Below, piece by piece: positions 17,828-26,390 of a stretch of DNA of 56,899 nt (positions within the stretch are counted from its first letter, which is position 1; each line of letters starts with the position of its first letter). The DNA comes from Planctomycetota bacterium. Lineage in GTDB: Bacteria > Planctomycetota > Phycisphaerae > SM23-33. The position numbers and the translations under genes were made by a program. The notes under the pieces were generated by a model. It saw nothing but the letters and a program-made list of their open reading frames with translations. It was not told the DNA's origin and did not search any database. The DNA lies in the NCBI GenBank assembly GCA_026693065.1, contig JAPLNA010000230.1, positions 2,726 through 59,624 on the forward strand. The letters run 5' to 3'.

Positions 17828-20800
17828 TCACCCCCCAAGTTTCTCCTTCGCCTTCGCTTTCAGTGCCTTGTACTTCTCGGGCCACTGTCCCTCCGCAACT
17901 CGCGAGTAGAGTGCCCGGGCCTCCTGGGCCTTGCCCAGCCGCGACAGCACGCTGGCGTGGTCCCAGAGAATCCCCGGGTCGGCCGGGTCGATCCTCGCGA
18001 CCGTCTCATACGCCCGGGCCGCCAGGTCGTACTGTCCCTTCCCAACCAGCCATCGCGCCAACTGCAACCACGGCTCGGGCTCCTCCGGCATATCGGCCAG
18101 CGGGGTGGTGGCGTATTCCCACGCCAGATCGCCGGCCCCGAGGATCGCCAGCACGTCGGCGGCGGCCTTGCAGGCGCCGCCTTCCTCGTCAAGCGCCCGC
18201 CAGCGGTCGGCCGCCCGGAGGGCCGCGTCCGTCACGTCGCCGACGGCCCCGGGGCCCAGCGTCGCCACCGACCGCGCCAGGTCTCGATACCGCAGGAACA
18301 ATTCCTCGTAGTCTTCGCGGAGGTTGACGTCGTCGGGCTTTTCCTGCATGCGGCGGATATCGATCTCGACCGCCCGTTCAAATCGCCTCGCCGCCAGCGC
18401 CGCCCAGCCGCGCTTCGCCGCCACGCGAGAGGCCACACGCCACGTCCGGGCGTCCTTCGCGAACGCCGGGGCGGCCAGCAGGACGCCCATCTGCTCGTCG
18501 GCGGCCTCCCACTGCTGCGTCCACGCGTAGTAACTCACCGCCTCCACCGCCAGCGCCTCCCGCTGACTCGCCGGGGCCGTCTGCAACGCCGACCGCACCG
18601 CCCAGTTGCCCCAGTCCCTTGCCCCGGCGTCCCAGCACTGGCGGCCCAACTCGATCGCCGCCGCCCGCGCGTCCCGGGCGATCATCTCCGTCACCGCCGT
18701 GCGAACCAGCCCGCCCAGTGGCCCCGTTTCGGTCGCCCGCACGAAGTCCGGGTCGATCATGGGCATCCATCCGCGGGCTATCGTGGCCCGGAACAACGTC
18801 GCGAAGGCCTCGCCGTCCTTGCGGGCGCGGGCGGCCTCGTACCGCCCCGTGTACGTGCCGAACCGCTCGAACGCCTCCGCCAGCCGCTCGGCGTCCTTCC
18901 CCGCCCCCTGCCGGGCCACCTCCGCCAGCAGGGCCCACGTGAATTCGGTCGGCCCGGTCCGTTCGGCGTATGCCAGCGCCGCCTCCCGCCACGCGGCGAG
19001 GTTCTTCTCGCGTCCGTCCGGGGCGCCGGGGGCCCACCCGGCCCACCAGAGCTGGCGGAACGCCCCGACCCGCCCGATGAACCCGCCGCCCCAGTCCGCC
19101 GCCCCCGCCGGGGTCGCCTTCCGCCACCTGCGGCCCTGTGCCTCGTCGTCCTTCAACGATTCGCCCTTCGCGTCGGCGCTGCAGGTCAGGAAACGGCCCA
19201 GGGGCGTGTTCTTCATCTCCTCGGAAACCGGCGCCTCCCCGCACACCGCCGCGACCAGCACCTGCCACCCGATCCGCCGATCGCCCTTGTCCACGAATCG
19301 CCGCATGATCGCATCCGCCCCCGCGCCGGCGTGCCAGCGCCCAAAGACCTTGCCGGCAATCCACTCGAGCGCATGCGCCTCATCCCACGCCGGTGCCGTG
19401 GCCGTTTGCACCGGATCGGGCACATCACGCAACGGCATCGGCAGCACGACCATGTCATCCAGAGCCGGCTTCAGATTCGGCGCCGCCGCCGGAACTACGC
19501 TGCACTTCCAAACGGCCAGTTCCCTTCCGCTCTCGTCGAACAGGGCCACCGTTCCGTCGGGCGCGTACGCCTGCCGACGGAGCAGCTTGCCCGACGGCAT
19601 CGACACAAACCTCCGCTCGACCAGCCGCCCACCCTCGCCGAAGGCCATCCGCAGCGCCGCGTAGGGCACGGGGCGGCCCTGCTTGTCCCGGGCCGACGAA
19701 GCCCCGATCGGCGTCAGCACCACCGTCCGCCCGTCGTCGCACGACACGTCCATCCCGGCGGCGAGGTCGTCCACCGGCGCCACCAGCCAGGGGAACGCCG
19801 TCACGGCGTCGGCCCGGTGGAAACGGCTGACCGCTCGCCTCGCCCCCAGCCCGATCTCCGGATACACCTGCACCAGCGTCGTCCCGTCGCAGAGGGCCCA
19901 TTCGATGATCCCGCCGGGCCCGTGCCCGCGGTAGGAGAACCGTCCCTCGCCGTCGAAGACCACCGACGCCCCGATCCCGCCCGCGTCCTCCCACGTCGCC
20001 ATCCGCCAGACCGGAGACCGCGCCGCCGCGATCAACCGCCTCGCCCGCGGATCGACCTGCCCTGCCTTCACGCGTTCGGCGGCCGGGGCGCTTGCCTCCA
20101 GCACGGCCTGAACGTCCGCACAGGACGTGTTCAACGCGGGGGCGTACAACGTCAGGTCGATCAAGTACCGGTTAACGCCCGAGAACGCCGGCCGCTGATA
20201 CCACCAGAGCGGAGCGTTGGACCTGTCCGACTCGACGTCCAGCACGCCGCGGATGGGCTCGAGCTCCTGGTCGCCTGCCGGACCGGCCCCGCCCCCGAAG
20301 AGCCCGCTGTTGTCGTTGCTCTGCATGTTCTGACCCAGTTTGGATATCTCGATCCGGGGTCCGATGAAGTTGGGAACCGATACGAGCCTGTCCCTGATGT
20401 CGTAGTCCATGGACCGCCGCCCCGCCCCCAGCGCCTGCACAGGCGGGTACTCGGCCCTCGGCGAAGGGCTCTCGCCGCCCACTCGTAACCAGGCGTTCAT
20501 GGCGTCGGAACCGGCGTGAGACGTCCATCCGCCCATCGACAATCCCGGGTAGTAGATCCACCCGCTGCCCACCCGCCGTCTCTCCACACCGGGCGCCCAG
20601 CCGGCAGGGAACATCCTCGCCTGGCTGCGGGCATCCAGAAGCGAGAAGTCCTGCGAGCATGCAACCCCCCCGGCCGCTTCGGACTGCCCGACGTAACCGA
20701 GATTGTCCCTCAAGTGCCCGAAATCGTCCCGGCCTTCGAACTCGTCCTCCTGGCGATCTCGCGACAGCGTCCACTGAGCAGCATCCTGCAGGATGTTGTT

Positions 20801-23800
20801 CGTTCTGAAGACAATCCTTCGCTGGGAGAGTCTGACGAAATCTTCCTGGACCGACGGGACCGAATAGTCTAGGTCGCCAAGGTCCAACGACGGATCCTTG
20901 TCGGCGTCAGCGAAGTTGGACCTCCTGTCTCCCATCTCCCCGTAGGGCCACCGTTCGATCTGGCCGATGCGCCCGGTGCTGTTGGACCTGTCGATCCACT
21001 CGCGGATCGGATCCCGCTGGCCCTTCCCGCCGCCCTTGAAGCCCCCCAGCAGCACAGTCCCGCCTTCCGGTACGGTGACCGAGCTCTGCAAGTCCTGCGA
21101 CTCGATATTGGGCAGGACTATCCATATGGCCGGGAAGAGCATGTCCCACGCGCTCCTCACCTCCCTGCCGTCATGGTCCGTCCGCGGGTCGTCCTGCCTC
21201 CAGGATTCCGGCTGCAGGAACGGCACCGAAACCCACACCAACACCCGGCTCAACGCCTTCTCCTGCCACGACCTCATCTCCTGCCACGACGGCTCCCGCT
21301 CCGCGCCGCGAGTCTGAACCGGCTCGACCTTGGGCGCCGTCGGGATCGTCTCCGGGCAGTCGTACATCGCCCAGTGGTCCTTGCGCCCGCGCTCCACGCC
21401 GTACCGGGCGTACATCGCCTCGTTCTCCAGCACCAGCAGCGAGGCGAACGGACTCATCACGTACATCGTCCGCGACAGTTCGGTGATCGCCGCCTTGTTC
21501 GCCTCGGCCCCGGCGGCCAGAAGGCGGTCGATCTCCAGACGCGCCCACGTTCGCGGCAGGTATCCGGCGCCGGCGGCGACGTTCGCCACGGGCAGCGTCT
21601 GGAGAAACTCCTTGCCGTCCCGCCGCCCGCGGATCGTCACCGACGCCGGCAGGGCCTTGCCCTTGTCCAGCCTCGCGACCGCCCAGAACTCCTCCCCGGC
21701 CGACACCGCGTCCGTCCCGGCGAGCATCGCCACATCCCCCGCCGTCGCCGCCGCCCCCACCAGCCGCGAGCCATTCAAGGCCGCCATCACGTCCATCGCC
21801 CGCCACTTCAGGTTCTCATCCGGATTGATCTGGGTGAAATACCCACCCGTCCCGGCGGCTGCCTCCCTCATGAACGTACGATTCCACTTCTTCCCCACCC
21901 CGATCCCGACGTACTCGCAATCCGTCCCCACTGTCCGAACCAGTTCCTTCTGGTCCCTCACCCCCAACACCGGATTCCCCGACCCGAGGTACACCAATCG
22001 CTCCGCACTCCCCCGCTTGCGGTTTCGCAGTTCTCCCGCGACCGTCAGCGCATTCCCCACGTCCATCGCCCCCACCAACCTCGCGCTCTCCGCAAATTCC
22101 ACCGCCCGCGCAATGTTCTCTTTCGTCACCGCCTCCGGCGCCTGTGAGAAAACCCGCGCCCGCGTCCCCGCCGTCGCCACGTTGAACGTGTCGGCGTGCT
22201 CGGCCGCCTGGAGCATCTCGCGCATGATCTCGATCTGCGTTCTCGCCAGCAGCGGGTTGCGGTCGCCGGAGGTCTCCAGCAGGAATACCCAATGTCTCGG
22301 CTCCTTGGTTCTCGGGGCCGCCGCCGGCGCGGGACGGTATCGCACCATCAAGTACTTCGCCCCCTCCTGCTCGAACGAGCTGAACCGGGCGGCCTCCTCC
22401 CCCGCCGCCGACGGCTCGTGGAGCGTGAGCACGACGTCGTCGCCCTGGGCCTTCTCGTCGCCCTTGTCCGTCAGCACCAGGTCGTCGCCATCCTTCGCCG
22501 GCGTCAGGGCGTGCGAGGGACACTCCCAGGCCGTGCCCCCCGCGCTCCGCACCCGCACGTTCAGCGACCACCCGGCCGCCTTCCCCAGCGAATGCCCGCC
22601 GGGGAATCGATACGTCGCCTGCCCGGCAAGCCAGGGCAGTTTCTGCGTGTAACTCAGGACGATCCGCTTCTCCTGCCTCGCCTCGATGGGAAACACCCGC
22701 ATCTTGAACGTCGTGCCGTCCACCCATTCCAGCAGGGCCGGGTCCTTCAGCTTCGCCACGATCGACTCGTAGATCCTCCTCGCCTCCGTCCGCTCGACCA
22801 TCCCGCCTTCCATCCGCCGCCCGTCCACGTACATCGCCAGCCGCGACAGCGAGGCGTCGGCCGGCAAGGGAAAGTAGAACGTCCCCTCCGTCCGGTTCGT
22901 GCCCGGGTTGAAGTAGGTCTGGTCGATGGTGGTCCGTGCAAAGCCGTCCTCGACGTGGACGTCGAGATGGTACTTCCGCAGTTCCATGGCCAGTTCCCCA
23001 CCACCCACCGTCCTCGCGGCCAGCGCCCCGCCGGCATAGGCCGACCGCGGCACCAGCGGCTCGACGGCCGTGCCGACCAGCTCCCTCGCCCATTCCATCG
23101 CCGCCCGCCCTTTCGTCGCCGGCGCGGCCCCGGCCGCCCCCGGCGCCAACTGTTCGCCCGCCTGCAACGGCGCCGCCACGCCCTCCACCGCCCCCTTGCC
23201 CCCGCCAGCCGCGTCCCCACCGCCTTCACCGTCCGGTCGGGCGTCTGGAGCGTCAACGGCCCGTCCTTGTCGGGCGCCACCTCCAGATACACCCGCCCCG
23301 CCGACACTTTCACGCTCCGCCGCCCGGTCACCTCGACGGTCGTTCCGGCGTCAACGTACAGCGCGCTGCCATCGGGCATGGCCAGCCGCCGCTGCTGTCG
23401 GGGCCCGGTCTTCACGACCTCACCGACGGCGACGGGCGCCGCGGGCCTGCTCGCCGGCGCCGGCCGGGCCGTCAACCGACCGGCCACAAACCCCGCCTCG
23501 CGTTCGATCGCGGGCGTTTGGCCCGACGGCCGCGACGGCGACAAGGGCAGCGTCGCTACCGGGCGGGGAATCCGCCCGATGCTCTGCACGAGAAACACTC
23601 CCGCGGCCAGGACCACCGCGGCGGCCGCCGCCGTCCCGACCGCTCCCCACACCCACGCGCGCCGCCCGCGACGCCGCGCCTGCGCCTGCATCAGACTGAG
23701 CGTCTGGGCGACGAACTCCGCCTCGGGCTGGGCCGGGGAATACGCCCGGGACAGCAACTGCGAAATGTTCTCGTCCAGCGCGTCCCACCCGCCCTCGTTC

Positions 23801-23829
23801 TCGGATGCGTTCTTGGGTTCGTTCGTCAT
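17828..23829 (-). CDS. Giant anti-sigma-like protein: TM + FecR + VIT + vWA + TPR, frameshifted near 23203
   Basis: N-terminal frame has a TM helix and FecR-like AMPDGSALYVDAGT..GRVYLEVAP; second frame has VIT (FARTTIDQTYFN..EGTFYFPLPADASLSRLAMY..DPALLEW), vWA-like FLLETSGDR and C-terminal TPR-like helices. Confidence 0.78.
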
Positions 23830-24431
23830 CTTGCACCTTCCATCGGGCCCGCCAAAGCCAGGAACGTCGCACGGAACGCTTCTCTGGCCCTGGCCAGGAG
23901 CGACTCCGCCGCCTTCACCGTCGTGCCCATCGCGGCGGCCATCTCGCCGACGCTCCGCCGCGACACATACTTGTCCTGCAGGGCCTGTCCGTAGTGCGGG
24001 GGCAGTTGGGCCATCGTGGCGTTGACGATCTCCCGCGTTTCGGCCCGTTCGAGCAGGTCGCCGGCGAAGGGCTCGGTCTCGAGCATGGCGTAGAGGCTTC
24101 GCAGTTCGTCGTCCACCCGTCGCCAGAATTCCGCCAGCGTCGCGGGGGCCTTCTCCCTCGCCAGCACGCGGCGGATCTCGTTGCGAGCCAGCCCGGTCAG
24201 CCACCCGAAGATCGCCCCGCCCGCCCGGGCCGGATCGTACGTCTTCAGCCGCCGGATCGCCTGCAGCAGCGTCTCCTGCACGACCTCCTCGCAGAGATGG
24301 TGGTTGCCCCCGAGCCTCGTCAGGCAGAAGCGATACAGCGGCGCGATGCCCGCCTCGGCCAGGCGCGCCACCGCGTTCGGCTCGCCCGCCAACGCCATCC
24401 CGTGCCAGCGCTCGTCGAAGTCTGCCTGCAC
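23826..24431 (-). CDS. ECF RNA polymerase sigma factor
   Basis: Region 2 EEVVQETLLQA..IFGWLTGLARNE; region 4 LPPHYGQAL..SVGEMAAAMGTTVKAAESLLARAR; probable GTG start after AAGGA; ATGA overlap with the downstream gene. Confidence 0.9.
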   Translation of the reverse strand: MQADFDERWHGMALAGEPNAVARLAEAGIAPLYRFCLTRLGGNHHLCEEVVQETLLQAIRRLKTYDPARAGGAIFGWLTGLARNEIRRVLAREKAPATLAEFWRRVDDELRSLYAMLETEPFAGDLLERAETREIVNATMAQLPPHYGQALQDKYVSRRSVGEMAAAMGTTVKAAESLLARAREAFRATFLALAGPMEGAR

Positions 24432-24584
24432 GCGGCCGTTCCTTTCCACCCCCCGACTATACCGCGGCCCGGGGATGCCTGCACACAAAGACATGTCAGC
24501 CCGCCGGCGGAATCCTTCGCGGGAATTCGGGAATCCGGGCGGGTGTGTTTCGCCCGATCCCGCGTTGGTGTAGAATCGGCTCCC

Positions 24585-26003
24585 ATGATCATACGAACCA
24601 AGGTCGTGGCCACCGTCGGGCCGGCGAGTTCGTCGCCTGAGATGCTCGAGGCCCTTGCCCGGGCCGGGGTGGATGTGTTCCGGATCAACTTCTCCCACGG
24701 GGACGAGCAGACGCACGAACAGTCGCTGCGGAACATCCGGGCGGTCGAGGCAAAGATCGGCGAGCCGATCGCCGTCATGGGCGACTTGTGCGGGCCGAAA
24801 ATCCGCGTCGGGAAAATCGCGGGGGAGAAGTTCACGCTCAAGGCCGGGGCGACGCTGACGATCCAGAGCGAGCCGATCGAAGGGACGGCCGGGCGGATTT
24901 CCACCACGCTGGCGGAGCTGCCCGCCGAGGCCGCCGTCGGACAGACGATACTCATCAACGACGGGGCCATCCGCCTCGAGGTCGTCGAGGTCCGCCCGCC
25001 GCGGGAGATCGTCTGCCTCGTGAAGGTCGGCGGGGAACTCTCCAGCGGCAAGGGCGTCAACCTGCCCGACACCGTCCTGTCTCTGCCGGCGATGACGGAA
25101 AAGGACCGGCGGGACGCGGCGTGGATCGCGGCCCGGGAGTTTGACTACGTCGCCCTCTCGTTCGTGCGGACGGCCCGCGACATCGAGGGCCTTCGCGACG
25201 TGCTGAACGCGGCCGGGTGCGGAGCGAAGGTCGTCGCGAAGATCGAAAAGCCCCAGGCCCTCGAGAACATCGAGAGCATCATCGACGCCGCGGACGTCGT
25301 CATGGTCGCGCGGGGCGACCTGGGGGTGGAGATGGACCTACCGGCCGTGCCGTTCGCCCAGAAGCGGATCGCCCGGCTGTGCCAGGAACGGGGCAAGTGC
25401 TGCATTATCGCCACGCAGATGCTCGAGAGCATGACGCACTCGCCGGTGCCCACACGGGCGGAGGTGTCCGACGTCGCCAACGCCGTGCTGGACGCCACCG
25501 ACGCGGTGATGCTCTCGGGGGAGACGGCGGTCGGGGAGTACCCGGTGGCGGCGGTGGAGATCATGAACCGCATCGGCGCCCAGGCCCAGGCGTACTACGA
25601 CCGCCAGAATCCCGACCCGCACGTGGCGTACGCCCCCGCGCGGACGGAGGCCTCGCTGGCGGCGGCGGTCCACAAGATCGTCGAGGCCGAGCCGGTCGCC
25701 GCGGTGGCCGTCTTCACCATGACGGGCACGACCGCCCGGATGTTCGCCAAGCACCGCCCCGCCTGCCCGATCCTGGGGCTGACCACCGACGTCAAAACCG
25801 CCCGCGGCATGTGCCTCTACTACGGCGTGGTCCCCGTGACCGTCGCCCCCTGCCACCACACCCGCGAAGTGCTCGCGATGGCGGCTGACCTGGCGGTAAA
25901 GAAAGGGCTGGCAAAACAGGGCGATCGCATCGTCGTGGTCTCCGGCCGACCCCTGGGCGCGCCGGGAAACACCAACACCCTCGTTATTCATACGATCGAA
26001 TAG
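24585..26003 (+). CDS. pyk: Pyruvate kinase
   Basis: RTKVVATVGPAS, FRINFSHG, DLCGPKIR, KGVNLP, AKIEK, MVARGDLGVE, ATQMLESM, PTRAEVSDVANA, VMLSGETA. Confidence 0.97.
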   Translation: MIIRTKVVATVGPASSSPEMLEALARAGVDVFRINFSHGDEQTHEQSLRNIRAVEAKIGEPIAVMGDLCGPKIRVGKIAGEKFTLKAGATLTIQSEPIEGTAGRISTTLAELPAEAAVGQTILINDGAIRLEVVEVRPPREIVCLVKVGGELSSGKGVNLPDTVLSLPAMTEKDRRDAAWIAAREFDYVALSFVRTARDIEGLRDVLNAAGCGAKVVAKIEKPQALENIESIIDAADVVMVARGDLGVEMDLPAVPFAQKRIARLCQERGKCCIIATQMLESMTHSPVPTRAEVSDVANAVLDATDAVMLSGETAVGEYPVAAVEIMNRIGAQAQAYYDRQNPDPHVAYAPARTEASLAAAVHKIVEAEPVAAVAVFTMTGTTARMFAKHRPACPILGLTTDVKTARGMCLYYGVVPVTVAPCHHTREVLAMAADLAVKKGLAKQGDRIVVVSGRPLGAPGNTNTLVIHTIE

Positions 26004-26040
26004 TCTCTGGCAAGCCCAGGCGGCCTATGTCGCGACCAAA

Positions 26041-26068
26041 GTAGCCGGTAGCCAGTAGCCGGTAGCCG
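26041..26068 (+). repeat. Heptamer tandem repeat GTAGCC(G/A) x4
   Basis: GTAGCCG GTAGCCA GTAGCCG GTAGCCG downstream of pyk. Confidence 0.8.
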
Positions 26069-26106
26069 GGGGAACCGCGAACCGCCCTCGGAGAATGTGG
26101 GTCTTC

Positions 26107-26295
26107 TCAGACCGCCGTGCGGTGGGGCCCGGCTAGTTCGGGCGCCATGTGCCGGGCGCGGAAGATCGCCTGGCGAAGCCGTATCTTCGTGATCATCGCC
26201 CGCCGATACAGGGCTGCCTGATCGAGTGCGTTCGTTTCGCCTGGGCTCGGCTGCGCCGGCGCGGCCGCTGCTGGCGTGTCGTGTTGGAAGTCCAT
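26107..26295 (-). CDS. Small hypothetical protein (62 aa)
   Basis: MDFQHDTP..LDQAALYRRAMITKIRLRQAIFRAR; plausible helical segment; fills the gap after recQ. Confidence 0.4.
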   Translation of the reverse strand: MDFQHDTPAAAAPAQPSPGETNALDQAALYRRAMITKIRLRQAIFRARHMAPELAGPHRTAV

Positions 26296-26390
26296 GATGT
26301 GCACTTTCCGCGGCGTTGGTCCCCGCCGGATGGCCGCGTTAACCGTATCGGCCGGCCCCATCGCGGGAGTTGACCCCAAATCGCCCGCCC

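Noticed and set aside
17789-20488. Long + strand ORF (899 aa) and similar long ORFs such as 13243-15174(-), 26370-28262(+), 45900-47711(-) and 50260-53055(+)
   Set aside because: Antisense shadows of confident genes in high-GC DNA; no recognisable motifs.
21250-21295. Short duplication encoding SWQEMRSWQEK as a DGR variable or template repeat
   Set aside because: Only a local duplication of a few codons; no reverse transcriptase or adenine-specific mismatch pair was seen.
23190-23215. Programmed ribosomal frameshift joining FecR and VIT parts
   Set aside because: No clear slippery heptamer, and part of the FecR-like sequence appears absent, which frameshifting would not explain.
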